Notes under the pieces: generated by a model | What the model saw: only the letters and a program-made list of their open reading frames with translations | What the model was told of the DNA's origin: nothing | Database searches by the model: none | From: a virus | IMG/VR virus record: IMGVR_UViG_3300045988_139610 | Length of the DNA stretch: 64,000 nt | Strand: one strand, 5' to 3' | Shown: piece after piece, positions 19,653 to 30,218 of the stretch | Position numbering within the stretch: position 1 is the stretch's first letter | Layout of the letters: each line of letters starts with the position of its first letter | Made by a program: the position numbers and the translations under genes

Positions 19653-21179
19653 ATGGCGATTGAAAATAATAGCCCCACACAAAAATATATTTATATTAAA
19701 GATTTAGTTATTAAATATTCAGAAAAATTATATCCAATAAATAATATATACACCAGTAATAAATATGTTTATTGGAAGATAGAAACTTCTGATTTAGTAA
19801 GTTCAAATAATAAATTAGATGAAGAGGAAAATTTAATATTTATAATTAAAAACATAGAGGGCATAGGAGTAACAACTACGACAGATTTATTAGATATGTT
19901 ATTTGATGGGTATGACAAAAAGTCGATAGCAGAGAAACTTCAGAATGTGAATGAGAACAATAAATTTTATAAAAAACAATTAGAAATTACTCAAAATAAT
20001 ATAGAAAGTTTATCAAAAGAATATCAAGAAAACTTATCATTTGAACAAATTAAAGAATTATTAAATACAGCAATAATAAATTCCAATTCTTTAATGATAG
20101 ATTTAAAGACTGTATTAATAGATAGATTATCAGACGAGACATTTAATTCAGCTGAAAAAGCAGATGTTAATTATAGACTTGACATAATCAATAATAAATT
20201 TGAAGAAATGCTAGGATACAGTGACGCTTTAATTGATATGATGGCAGAAGATTCTAATGACGTAGACACAACATCTTTTTTAGAATATCAACTATCTTTG
20301 CAAAAAATGCTGGCTGATTTAATTGTAGAAATTAAAATTATCACAGAGGGCAGTGAAGAAAATATAACATTAGCAGATATTTCTTCCATAACATCTAATA
20401 TAACTACGATATTGATAACATTATCCTCTTTTAAAGATTCATGTAGTACAATATTGTCTATAGGTTCAGAAGGCGAAAAAACATTAGGAGCTTCAAGTAC
20501 TATATCAGATGAAGTTTATAATACAAATGCTAGAATAGATGATTTATCTAGTAATATGAATGAATTACAGGCTTCACTAATTAATTCATTCGCTAAAGAA
20601 CAACAAACTATTCAAGGATACTTTGATGCGAATCAAAAGTACAGTAATGACATGTTACCTATAACTAATTCGTTGCTAAACGTGGATGGAAAATTAACGG
20701 TGGCACAATATAATTCATTGGACGCTTTAGCAAATGGAATGGTTAATTACGTTTCTAAAATAGAAGCTAGTTATCAATCTTACTATAATAATGAGAAGTT
20801 AGGCAATAATAATAAACAATTATTAAAAGAATATTTTGATGATTTTAAAACAAAACATACAAATTTCATTAATTCAATACGAGTAGATATGAAAGATTTA
20901 ATTTTTAATAAAGACGAGAGAAAAGAATTTAATATAAGATTAGCATTATATAGGGAAGCTAGAAATAAATTGAACTCACAAATGTTAAACTGTATAAATT
21001 TAATTAATTCAGCAACAAGTGAAGTTAATTTACAACAAATTGAAAAAAGATTAAATGATAAAATCTTAGAAGTTCAAAATCAAGTTAATGATTTAAATTC
21101 TAAAATAGGAAATATAAATTCAAGATTATCTAACATAGAATCAAGATTAGATGCTCTTGAAAATAATACAAATGTTTAG
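19653..21179 (+). CDS. Coiled-coil baseplate / fibre protein
   Basis: 508-aa ORF behind AAGGTGA. C-terminal heptad-like NDLNSKIGNINSRLSNIESRLDALE. Lies in the tail module. Confidence 0.4.
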   Translation: MAIENNSPTQKYIYIKDLVIKYSEKLYPINNIYTSNKYVYWKIETSDLVSSNNKLDEEENLIFIIKNIEGIGVTTTTDLLDMLFDGYDKKSIAEKLQNVNENNKFYKKQLEITQNNIESLSKEYQENLSFEQIKELLNTAIINSNSLMIDLKTVLIDRLSDETFNSAEKADVNYRLDIINNKFEEMLGYSDALIDMMAEDSNDVDTTSFLEYQLSLQKMLADLIVEIKIITEGSEENITLADISSITSNITTILITLSSFKDSCSTILSIGSEGEKTLGASSTISDEVYNTNARIDDLSSNMNELQASLINSFAKEQQTIQGYFDANQKYSNDMLPITNSLLNVDGKLTVAQYNSLDALANGMVNYVSKIEASYQSYYNNEKLGNNNKQLLKEYFDDFKTKHTNFINSIRVDMKDLIFNKDERKEFNIRLALYREARNKLNSQMLNCINLINSATSEVNLQQIEKRLNDKILEVQNQVNDLNSKIGNINSRLSNIESRLDALENNTNV

Positions 21180-21193
21180 AAAGGAGTAAATAG

Positions 21194-22438
21194 ATGAAGA
21201 AAGAATATTCAATAATTATTAATAAACAAAAGAGTATTTTAAATCGTCAGCTATCAATATTTCAACACGATAAAGGTATAGATATATATTTCAAATTGAT
21301 GGATACTGATTATTTAGATTTAAGTTCTAATTATTTGTTATCTGATATAGTATTAGTTAGTCCTTTAAAAAAACAAATAAAATCAGATATAGTACCTATT
21401 ATAGATAATAAAATATTATTTACAATCAATAATGAAATAATGAATCAAATTGACGAAATAGGAAATTATCATGTTCATATTAGAATTTATGATGATAAAG
21501 GTGGAAGAATAAAATTACCTTATTTTATAATGTCAGTTGAAGAATGTGAAGTGGACGATGACGATTTATCTTATGGAACAGTTGACGGAACAGCAATAGA
21601 CAACACAAAAGTTGCTAAATATGGAAAAGAATTAAAAACTTTCAATGACGATGGGTCTTATAATAGAACTATTTGGATATCTGGAGATGTAATTACCGAT
21701 TCTAAATTGAATAAATTAGAACAAGCAACTAGCGAAATCAGAGATGAAATATTACAACATAAAACAAAATTAATAGAATTAGAAGAAAGTAAAGGCTATA
21801 CAATTAAAAAGGGTACAGAAGATACACCTATAATAATATCAGAATTAAGTAAAGGTTCTTATATATTAAAAGGTTGGGCAAAAGATTTTAATTCTAGTAC
21901 TGAAATAATATATTTAGATGGTAATAGAAATTATGCATACATAACAAGTAATACAGATACTTATACATACGGTTTATGTTGCTTTGATGAAGATTATTTT
22001 AAACTATATAGATTTAATAAAGTTAAATCTATAAAAGAATACGTTCCAGACAATTTAGTAAAAATAACTGCTGAAGATGAAAAATTAACTCTTACTGGAG
22101 ACAAATATCAATATTTAGTTTGTAATGATATTAATGTAATAATACTCCCTTCTATTGATGGATTTGCTGAATTACATTTATACATAAGACCTGCAACCGA
22201 TAATTTGGTAATAATATTCCCTGCAATTAGATGGAAAACTAAACCAGATATAATAAAGGATACATTAGTTGAAATAAAATTAACATATATTGATGAAATG
22301 TGGTTTGGAGATGCCCACATTTGTGGAGATGTGTATATAGGTCAAACTTCTGATTCTACAGATTTAGATGTAACTTATCAAGATTATAAAGATATAATAT
22401 CGAGTACGTTAGGAAAGGATTATGTTGTAAATGAATAA
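21194..22438 (+). CDS. BppU-like baseplate upper protein
   Basis: The N-terminal ~115 aa are paralogous in pattern to ORFs 1554 and 26429 (..IDIYFKLMD...IGNYHVHIRIYD..). Confidence 0.5.
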   Translation: MKKEYSIIINKQKSILNRQLSIFQHDKGIDIYFKLMDTDYLDLSSNYLLSDIVLVSPLKKQIKSDIVPIIDNKILFTINNEIMNQIDEIGNYHVHIRIYDDKGGRIKLPYFIMSVEECEVDDDDLSYGTVDGTAIDNTKVAKYGKELKTFNDDGSYNRTIWISGDVITDSKLNKLEQATSEIRDEILQHKTKLIELEESKGYTIKKGTEDTPIIISELSKGSYILKGWAKDFNSSTEIIYLDGNRNYAYITSNTDTYTYGLCCFDEDYFKLYRFNKVKSIKEYVPDNLVKITAEDEKLTLTGDKYQYLVCNDINVIILPSIDGFAELHLYIRPATDNLVIIFPAIRWKTKPDIIKDTLVEIKLTYIDEMWFGDAHICGDVYIGQTSDSTDLDVTYQDYKDIISSTLGKDYVVNE

Positions 22439-24233
22439 TTTAAGTACAAATTTAAAAAGAATAGTAGAATCTTTAAAATTATACATAAATCAAAGACTCA
22501 AAGATACTATAGGAGAAGGAACATTAGAAACTTCGAGTAAAGACATAATAGGAGCTATTAATGAAGTTAATAGAAATAAAGGTACTGGCAGTGGTGGCTT
22601 ACCTAGTGGTGGTAAAACAGGTCAAATATTGGCTAAAAAATCAAATACAGGATATGACGTAGAATGGAAAAATGAAACAACTTACACCCATCCAGTTTCT
22701 CATCCAGCCACAATGATTACAGAGGACTCAACACACAGGTTTGTTACTGATGCTGAAAAAAACAAATGGAACAATATTACAACGTCTGAATCAGATTTAT
22801 CAAAGATAGCTATAGTTTGTGGTGATAAATTATCTAGTGATATATCTGATTCCGAAAGAATACAAAGAGCAATTAACAGCTCAAATGTTGGAGATATTAT
22901 ATTATTACCAAAAGGTGATATAGAAATACATAAAACAATAGAGTTGAAACCAAATAGAACTTACATGGGTAACGGTTGGGGTGGTTCAATAAAAGCTTCA
23001 GATAATGCCAACTTAACTGAAATGATTCGTTTACCTCATAGTACAAATAATTACAGAACTATTATTGACAATATTAGATTGGATGGTAATAAAGATAACA
23101 ACGGTACTACTATAGGTTTATATATTGGTTCTTCAGTGCACAGTGTTTTTAGAAATGTATATGCAACATATTGTAAAGGTACAGGTATTTACATCGATGG
23201 GAATACTTCATTTAGAAGTAATACAACAAATATAATTAATTGTAGAGCTTTAGGTTGTGGAGGATATGGACTTTATATAAGCGAATATTGTGAAGATATG
23301 CATGTGTTGCAGGGTGATTATGGTTCAAATCAAAATCCAGGTATTTATATAAAATCTCCATCCTCATCAATAAGAGATGTTACTTGTTGGGGAAACATGA
23401 GTAATGGTCTTTGGATTGATATAAATGCAGTTTGCGTCCAAGTATGGAATTCACAAATAGAAGGTAATGCTCAAAATGGTATATTTATTGAGGGAGCTTT
23501 CGCAGAAATAGTAGGTAATAAGATATATGACAATGCCAATATTCCTGCTAATTATGGAAAATTTGATGGAATATATGTAAATGCATATGAAAGTGCTTTT
23601 AAAGATGCTCCAATGAAAGGTGTAACCATAATAGGTAATAAAGTTTATAGTGGTTTATATAATAACACAGGATTACAAAGATTTGCTTTATCAACAGATA
23701 AATACCACGAAGGATTTAGTATATTTGGTAATGATTTTTTCTATCAAGGTAATGGGAACATTGACAATAGTAGAACTTTAGTAAACGGGTTAAATGAAAC
23801 AGATAAATCAGACTATAATTGGATAAAATCATTTATAAAATTAAATCTATTAGAAGACCAAGCTATAACAAATTCTACTGTAACAAAACTTAAATTTACT
23901 AAGGTTACTGATTTAGATGAAAACTTTGATTCAACCACTAACAAAATTAAAATAAAAGAAAGTGGATATTATAGAATAGGGTGTAATATTCATGTGGATA
24001 ATTGTTCAGCAACAACGTATTGTTATTTACAATATAACGTTAATGATGAAATAAAATCAAGAATAGCTGGTGGTTATGGAGGTACATCTAATTTCTTAAC
24101 TTTAAGTGGTGATGATGTGGTTTACATGGAAACAGGAGATACTATTGATTTTAGCTTTTATTGTAGTGAAAACGTGACATTAAATAGACTTTATTATTTA
24201 TCTTCAATAACATTTTCAAAATATGTAATATAA
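22431..24233 (+). CDS. Tail fibre / tailspike with right-handed beta-helix repeats
   Basis: Motif SSKDIIGAINEVN. Repeated beta-helix rungs (NIRLDGNKDNNG, GIYIDGN, GLYISEY, GIFIEGA, IIGNKVY). Confidence 0.55.
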   Translation: MNNLSTNLKRIVESLKLYINQRLKDTIGEGTLETSSKDIIGAINEVNRNKGTGSGGLPSGGKTGQILAKKSNTGYDVEWKNETTYTHPVSHPATMITEDSTHRFVTDAEKNKWNNITTSESDLSKIAIVCGDKLSSDISDSERIQRAINSSNVGDIILLPKGDIEIHKTIELKPNRTYMGNGWGGSIKASDNANLTEMIRLPHSTNNYRTIIDNIRLDGNKDNNGTTIGLYIGSSVHSVFRNVYATYCKGTGIYIDGNTSFRSNTTNIINCRALGCGGYGLYISEYCEDMHVLQGDYGSNQNPGIYIKSPSSSIRDVTCWGNMSNGLWIDINAVCVQVWNSQIEGNAQNGIFIEGAFAEIVGNKIYDNANIPANYGKFDGIYVNAYESAFKDAPMKGVTIIGNKVYSGLYNNTGLQRFALSTDKYHEGFSIFGNDFFYQGNGNIDNSRTLVNGLNETDKSDYNWIKSFIKLNLLEDQAITNSTVTKLKFTKVTDLDENFDSTTNKIKIKESGYYRIGCNIHVDNCSATTYCYLQYNVNDEIKSRIAGGYGGTSNFLTLSGDDVVYMETGDTIDFSFYCSENVTLNRLYYLSSITFSKYVI

Positions 24234-24246
24234 AAGGAGGAATAAT

Positions 24247-26016
24247 ATGTACGGTAAAATTATCAATGGAAAATTGGTTTTTGCTCCAGTAAACTATGGA
24301 GCAAGTAATGGAGTTTTAATTACTAATTTTAATACAAATGAAGATTTAATGAAAAGATATGGGTTTAAAAAAATAAACGGAGTAGAACCAGAATATGACG
24401 AAGAAAGAGAATGTTTGATAATTTCTTCTTTTGAAGAATTAGATACGGAAATTAAAGTTGCGTATGAAGTAAAAGGCATAGGAGCTTTATTAGATAATAA
24501 CGATATGACTAAAGATGAATTAATTGAAACTATGAGAAAAGAATTATGCAGTTATAAAGAAGGTTTAATTGAAGGAACTAAATTTGATTCTCTTAATGAT
24601 ATATTTAAATATATGTTTGAACATTTTACAGAAGAAGAAATATATATTGGTAAAGATATTCCTAATGACCCAAAATATAAATTATGGATAAGAATTTATG
24701 AAGAACCTAAAGACGATGACGACGACGGTAAAGATGTTCCGAGTAATCCAACACCTGTAAAACCACCTGCTGAAGATAAAACTGTATGGGTATCTAATTT
24801 AACTTTAGACTCAACTATAATGGGTTATTATATAGATTCAGAATTTACAAGTGATAAATATCCAGATAAAAATGTATGTTTAACTACCGACCAAAGATAT
24901 GTTGGACAATATGTTAAATTTGCAGACACTGGAAAAGATATAGATGGTAAGGTATTCCAAATAACAGGAACAATAAGTAAGGATGCTTTAGGATTAAGTT
25001 CTTCACACAGTCTTCCCGTATTCGCTATAAACTGTAAAGACCAACCTACTGCTACTGCAATAGGAGAAAATACAGGTAAAGCGTATGTGGGATTATTATT
25101 ATCTTCTACTACTAAAGTTGCAAAAGTAATTTGTAATGCTTTAAACGTTAGAAGTGGTATGGGTGTAAAATATCCAGTATTAGGAGCTATACCTAATGGA
25201 TATACATTACCAATACTTGAAACCTATACAAATACTTCATGGGTTAAAGTAAGTTACAATAATAGTATAGGGTATATAAATGCTAATCCCTCATATGTAA
25301 CTATATCCACTATAACAGTTGATGCAGGAGGAACGGGAGAAGTAGGTGGCAATACAGGATTTACAGTGCCTTGTATGGGTGTAGATATATCTAAATATCA
25401 AGGAAATCTTGACTTCGCTAAAATTAAAACTTATGGCGAAACTAACTTTGCAATACTTAGAATAGGTTATGGTAGCAGAAAAGGTGGACAACCTATAATA
25501 GACCCTAAATTTGAAGAATATTTAAAAGGATGTATTGAAAACAAAATACCTGTAGGTGTGTATTTTTTCTCATATGCAAATACAGTTGAAAAAGTTAAAA
25601 TAGAAGCAAATTGGGTGGTTCAACAATTAAATAAGTATTCTCAAACATTTGAATTCCCAATATTCTTCGACCAAGAAAATGACTTAGTTGATAAATTAGG
25701 GAATCCTGGCAAAACCGTATTGACAAATTGTATGAACGCTTTTTGTCAAATAATAAATGATGCAGGATATATGGCAGGAATTTATACTAATAACTCATGG
25801 GCAACAAGTTATGTAAATTGGAATAATGTAAAATATACTGACCACATATGGGTGGCTCAATGGAGTTCAGCTTGTACTTGGACTAGAACTGATGTTAAGT
25901 TATGGCAAGGTGGATATAAGAAATTAAGTGGTTACGGTGGAGTAGACGTAGATTTTGATACTTGCTATTTCGATTATCCAACATATGTAAGAGCTAATCA
26001 CAAAAATGGATTTTAG
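24247..26016 (+). CDS. GH25 muramidase with SH3_3 domain (structural-module lysozyme)
   Basis: GVDISKYQGNLDFAKIKTYGETNFAILRIGYG is a GH25 signature. The preceding ALNVRSGMGVKYPVLGAIPNGYTLPILE...WVKVSYNNSIGYI is SH3_3-like. Confidence 0.75.
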   Translation: MYGKIINGKLVFAPVNYGASNGVLITNFNTNEDLMKRYGFKKINGVEPEYDEERECLIISSFEELDTEIKVAYEVKGIGALLDNNDMTKDELIETMRKELCSYKEGLIEGTKFDSLNDIFKYMFEHFTEEEIYIGKDIPNDPKYKLWIRIYEEPKDDDDDGKDVPSNPTPVKPPAEDKTVWVSNLTLDSTIMGYYIDSEFTSDKYPDKNVCLTTDQRYVGQYVKFADTGKDIDGKVFQITGTISKDALGLSSSHSLPVFAINCKDQPTATAIGENTGKAYVGLLLSSTTKVAKVICNALNVRSGMGVKYPVLGAIPNGYTLPILETYTNTSWVKVSYNNSIGYINANPSYVTISTITVDAGGTGEVGGNTGFTVPCMGVDISKYQGNLDFAKIKTYGETNFAILRIGYGSRKGGQPIIDPKFEEYLKGCIENKIPVGVYFFSYANTVEKVKIEANWVVQQLNKYSQTFEFPIFFDQENDLVDKLGNPGKTVLTNCMNAFCQIINDAGYMAGIYTNNSWATSYVNWNNVKYTDHIWVAQWSSACTWTRTDVKLWQGGYKKLSGYGGVDVDFDTCYFDYPTYVRANHKNGF

Positions 26017-26027
26017 GAGGTGATTTA

Positions 26028-26417
26028 ATGAATTTATCAATATTAGGAAAAATTGATGGTGCATGGAAATCATTAGGAACAACTGCAGTTGGAGATAATT
26101 CAAGTTCAGTTACATTAGGTGATGATTATATTTATAATAACATAAATGGAATGATAGTAGAATGTATGACTATTTCATTAACTGCTGATGGGAGTTCGGA
26201 AAATATAACACAGGAAATTACATTAAAAAAATCATTTCCTAATGTGATTCTCACAGTGGCTTGTAGTTGTGAATCTACAAAATATATTTATAGCAATCTA
26301 AATGTTGTAGCTATTCCGTCTGGAAAAGATAAAGTAAAAATAGGATTAAGACATTTGGATTCAAAGATAAAATTAGAAGGTAGCTTTACGGTATTTTTAA
26401 CTTGTTTTGGTAAATAG
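26028..26417 (+). CDS. Hypothetical structural-module protein
   Basis: 129-aa ORF with RBS GGAGGTGA; no recognisable motif. Confidence 0.4.
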   Translation: MNLSILGKIDGAWKSLGTTAVGDNSSSVTLGDDYIYNNINGMIVECMTISLTADGSSENITQEITLKKSFPNVILTVACSCESTKYIYSNLNVVAIPSGKDKVKIGLRHLDSKIKLEGSFTVFLTCFGK

Positions 26418-26428
26418 GAGGTGATTTT

Positions 26429-28708
26429 ATGTACGGTAAATTTAATATAAAAATAAAAAGTGGTAAAGCAACATTAGACAGAGATATATTTTTAAGTAAA
26501 AAAGATAAAGATATAGTGCTTTATTTTACTGTTGATGGTTTTCCTTATAAATTTTCCAATGGTGAAGGTATAGAAGGTGCTAGTTATTCTCAAATAACAT
26601 TAGAAAAACCTAATAAAACTAAAGTAGTTCTTCCTAAAACAGCAGTGGATATTAACGAAATAATTTTAAAAGTTACAGAAGATATAGTTGATGAAGTTGT
26701 AGAAATAGGAGATTATAATTTTCAAATAAAATTATTCGGTAAAGATAACAGTGAAATCCATTTACCTATAGTTTATAATCAATTTCATGTAAATCCTATA
26801 ATTGATTATTCAGAAGATACTTCAAGTGGAATAAATCAAGGAGGTATAGGAAACTCTCATATAACTATAGGAGATTCTATAGAAATATTTGATGTAAATA
26901 AAAGATATAATAAAACCACATGGCATGATAAAGACACTATAACAGCACAAAAAATGAATAAGATAGAAGATGCTTTATATTATTCATTAGATAATTTAGT
27001 TGTAAATAAACTTCCTGTAAATGGAGAAATAAGTTTATCTTTAGATAGATATCAAAGTGTAACTACAGACAATGATTTAGTTATAAAATTTCCTAGTATA
27101 GATTTCCATAATGAATTTATACTATACATAAACACATCAGAAGTAATTTATGCAACATTTAGAAGTGCAGAAAAAGATTATGTTTATAGACTTGCTAGAG
27201 GTTATTATAAATGTAGATTAAGTTATATAGGTACATGGTTAGTTGAAATAATTATGGACAATAACAATATCGATTTTGATGGATTTGCTAGTGAAAAAGA
27301 TATAAAAGATTTACAAGATAGTGTTAAAACTACTCTAACAGATTTTAAAAATAATTGTGATAAAAAATATGCCGATATAAATCATACACATAATAATTAC
27401 ATTGAAAAAATAAATGAAACAAAAGGTTTATTAGTTAAAGAGATAGACGGTTACAAAGGTATGATTACTGAAGATGGTAATGAAACTAGAGCTATTCGTA
27501 CAACTAAAGAAGGCTTAATACCTTATGAAAGAGGAATAAGTTCTAGTTTAGGTTCAGAAGAATATAGATTTGATAAGGCTTATGTTAACAAAGCTGATAT
27601 AAACGAAGTTAATTCGGTAAAAAATGTAACAGATAGATTAGATGTTAACGGAGATATAAATGTTTCAGTTGAAGGAAAAATAGATTACAATGTTGACAAT
27701 TCTCAATTTGAAATGAAGAAAAATGGAGAAATCAATAATAGTAGATTAGCATTAGGTTGTATTGAAATAAATGGAATCAGAATTTATACAGGTTCAGAAT
27801 TTCCCTCAGACGCTAGGGTAAATGACATATTAATAAAAATAGATGGAATTTCTAGTGGAGGAAGTACTACTCCAAGTACTAATAAATATGTTATTTCAAA
27901 TAACTTAACTAATGTAATTACAAACAATGATATGACAAGTATAGAAAAAAATAAATCATATAGTGCAAAATTAACAGCTTATAATGGATATACTATTAAT
28001 TCTATAATAGTTACAATGGGTGGAACAAATATAACCTCTACTTCAGTGGCAAATAATACAATTAACATATCTAAAGTTACTGGTAATGTAATAATAACAG
28101 CAAGTGCTACATTGACAACTACTACAACCGTTCCTAATCCTGTATTTGAATTAAATGCATCTAATTTTACAAGTGGAGCAAGTAAATGGGTGGATTTAGT
28201 AGGAGATAAATCAGCTACAATTAATGGAACTGTGCAAAAGGTTAATGGTAGAGTTAGATTTAATGGAAATAAATATTTCTTATGCAATGTTAGCTCATTA
28301 AATCTAAATAGTTATACATTGGTGGCTAAAATATTAGTTAATCCTACAAATGCAAGTGTAGTATCTTCTGGTGATAACATTGTGACTTTAGGAGCAGGAA
28401 CAGGAAATTGGACTGATAATATGGCTTGTAATATAATGCCTTCAAGCACAGTTTACCAAGCTATAATTAATGGTGATAATGTAACAGGTAAAGTTGCTAC
28501 AGGAGAAATAATTTTAGTTATGAGATGTGATTCTACTAAGAAACAATTAACTTTAAATGTAGGCGACACTAAATATGAAGGAACTTATACAACAAGAGCT
28601 TCATCATTAAGATACTTATACAATGCTACAAATAGTTATTCCGATTATGAGTACATTAAAGTATATGATTCAGTTTTAACAGATTCGCAAATTTCAAATA
28701 TTAATTAG
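26429..28708 (+). CDS. BppU-N-domain fibre protein with C-terminal LamG/ConA-like lectin domain
   Basis: N-terminus paralogous to ORFs 1554 and 21194 (..IGDYNFQIKLFG..). The C-terminal ~200 aa end in VYDSVLTDSQISNI, a LamG-like pattern. Confidence 0.5.
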   Translation: MYGKFNIKIKSGKATLDRDIFLSKKDKDIVLYFTVDGFPYKFSNGEGIEGASYSQITLEKPNKTKVVLPKTAVDINEIILKVTEDIVDEVVEIGDYNFQIKLFGKDNSEIHLPIVYNQFHVNPIIDYSEDTSSGINQGGIGNSHITIGDSIEIFDVNKRYNKTTWHDKDTITAQKMNKIEDALYYSLDNLVVNKLPVNGEISLSLDRYQSVTTDNDLVIKFPSIDFHNEFILYINTSEVIYATFRSAEKDYVYRLARGYYKCRLSYIGTWLVEIIMDNNNIDFDGFASEKDIKDLQDSVKTTLTDFKNNCDKKYADINHTHNNYIEKINETKGLLVKEIDGYKGMITEDGNETRAIRTTKEGLIPYERGISSSLGSEEYRFDKAYVNKADINEVNSVKNVTDRLDVNGDINVSVEGKIDYNVDNSQFEMKKNGEINNSRLALGCIEINGIRIYTGSEFPSDARVNDILIKIDGISSGGSTTPSTNKYVISNNLTNVITNNDMTSIEKNKSYSAKLTAYNGYTINSIIVTMGGTNITSTSVANNTINISKVTGNVIITASATLTTTTTVPNPVFELNASNFTSGASKWVDLVGDKSATINGTVQKVNGRVRFNGNKYFLCNVSSLNLNSYTLVAKILVNPTNASVVSSGDNIVTLGAGTGNWTDNMACNIMPSSTVYQAIINGDNVTGKVATGEIILVMRCDSTKKQLTLNVGDTKYEGTYTTRASSLRYLYNATNSYSDYEYIKVYDSVLTDSQISNIN

Positions 28709-28719
28709 GAGGGACTTTT

Positions 28720-29415
28720 ATGAGTGGTATATACATTAATAAAAATGGTTCATTAAATAACATACTTATCTATAGAAAAACTTCTAATGGTATGGAAATT
28801 TGTCCTGTTTATAAAAAAACTTTTAATGGTATGGAAAGAATAGATTTAAACAATGGCTCTTCTGGAGGTGGAGGTTCAACTCCATCTTCACCATATATTG
28901 TAAAAGGTTATGCTGATTGGAGTGGAAGTTATCGTGGCTCTAGTACAACTGGAACATTTACGGATAATTTCAATGACGATAGAAGAGATAGAATATATCA
29001 AGGTTATTATCCTAATTTTAATTATTTAGGAATAATATGTTTTAAAAGTTTATTTGAACAAGCTAGACAGCTAGGAACAATAACAAGCGTAAAATTAAAA
29101 TTAACTAATTTACATTCGTATTATTATGCAGGATTAAACACTATAATAAGTGGAGCAACTAATATGAGCACTTACAGACCGACAAGTTTTTCAATGAGTA
29201 ATGTTAATTCTACTCAATATTGTAGCAATACTCATTTTAATAAAGGAGGAACTTTAACATTAACACTAAATAGCACAGCAATACAATCTATCCAAAATGG
29301 TACTATTGATGGTTTTAGACTGTTAGCACCAGCTGGATTCGCAGTTACAGATTATGGATATTTTAGTGGTACGGGTAGTACTCGACCATATATTGAAATA
29401 ACTATAGCCTTATAA
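28720..29415 (+). CDS. Hypothetical protein
   Basis: 231-aa ORF with RBS GGAGGGA; no motif recognised. Confidence 0.4.
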   Translation: MSGIYINKNGSLNNILIYRKTSNGMEICPVYKKTFNGMERIDLNNGSSGGGGSTPSSPYIVKGYADWSGSYRGSSTTGTFTDNFNDDRRDRIYQGYYPNFNYLGIICFKSLFEQARQLGTITSVKLKLTNLHSYYYAGLNTIISGATNMSTYRPTSFSMSNVNSTQYCSNTHFNKGGTLTLTLNSTAIQSIQNGTIDGFRLLAPAGFAVTDYGYFSGTGSTRPYIEITIAL

Positions 29416-29447
29416 TAAATAATTAATAAAGAAAGGTGGTGCTAATA

Positions 29448-29738
29448 ATGGATTTATTGGAGGTGTTAAGTAATTATGGTGCAATGGGTGTTTTTGTAAT
29501 ATTAGTATGGATTTTAATACAACAAGTTTTAAACGAGGCTAATCAAAATAGAGACTTATATAAAACTTCAGTAGAAGAATTTCATAAAACTGTAAATGAA
29601 TTCTCATTGACCATAAAAGGAATAAGTAATGAAGTAAGAGATACAAATGTTAAAATTGACGATTTAAAACATGATATGGATGATTTAAAATTGGATATTA
29701 GAGATATAAAACAACATGAAAGAGAAGGTGAAAAATAA
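29448..29738 (+). CDS. BhlA/UviB-family holin-like protein
   Basis: One N-terminal TM segment (YGAMGVFVILVWILIQQV), then NEANQNRDLY and a coiled coil, matching BhlA architecture. ATG 29448 follows AAAGGTGGTG. Confidence 0.6.
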   Translation: MDLLEVLSNYGAMGVFVILVWILIQQVLNEANQNRDLYKTSVEEFHKTVNEFSLTIKGISNEVRDTNVKIDDLKHDMDDLKLDIRDIKQHEREGEK

Positions 29739-30004
29739 TGATTGATTTAGATTTATACATGAGTTTAATAAATGGTGGTGTGATGTTATTTTGTTTGGCG
29801 ATTGGATATATAATTAAAACTTCAATACCTAAAATACCAAATAGATATATACCTTTAATTATGGGAATTGTAGGTATGCTTGTTGCAATAGTTAACGCTC
29901 AAAGTTATGATTTTAATGTAATTTTAAGTGGTTTAATTACAGGATTAGCAAGTACAGGATTGTATGAAGCTTATAGAAATTTAATCAATAAAGACAAAAA
30001 ATAA
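29738..30004 (+). CDS. Holin (phiLC3-like, three TM segments)
   Basis: 88 aa with 3 hydrophobic segments and a charged C-terminus (NLINKDKK). Motif IPNRYIPLIMGIVG. Overlaps the upstream stop (ATAATG). Confidence 0.7.
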   Translation: MIDLDLYMSLINGGVMLFCLAIGYIIKTSIPKIPNRYIPLIMGIVGMLVAIVNAQSYDFNVILSGLITGLASTGLYEAYRNLINKDKK

Positions 30005-30007
30005 ATA

Positions 30008-30036
30008 TTGTAAAATGAGATGTAAAGTATTATAAT
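30008..30036 (+). promoter_or_regulatory. Sigma-A type promoter TTGTAA-17-TATAAT
   Basis: TTGTAA (30008-30013), an exact 17-nt spacer, then TATAAT (30031-30036). Confidence 0.55.
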
Positions 30037-30162
30037 GAAGTAAGGATAAATTTTGTCAAAATTATATTCCAAAAACTTTATTAATTATTTTATAATACTA
30101 CTATTTAAATTATAAGTAAGATTAATTTATAATTTCTTATATTTTAAATATAAACCAAACCC

Positions 30163-30198
30163 AAAAGAGAGTGGATTTTATCTGCTCTCTTTTTATTT
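30163..30198 (+). terminator. Rho-independent terminator directly upstream of the endolysin RBS
   Basis: AAAAGAGAG-tggattttatctg-CTCTCTTTTTATTTT, with the RBS AAAGGAG starting about 4 nt later. Confidence 0.65.
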
Positions 30199-30218
30199 TA
30201 TAAAGGAGTTGATTGATA

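Noticed and set aside
24247-26016. Calling the GH25-SH3 protein the phage endolysin.
   Set aside because: It sits among the fibre and baseplate genes, far from the holins, and carries a ~350-aa non-enzymatic N-terminal region. The amidase at 30219-31307, next to the holins, is the better endolysin candidate. The GH25 protein is more likely virion-associated, although this is unproven.
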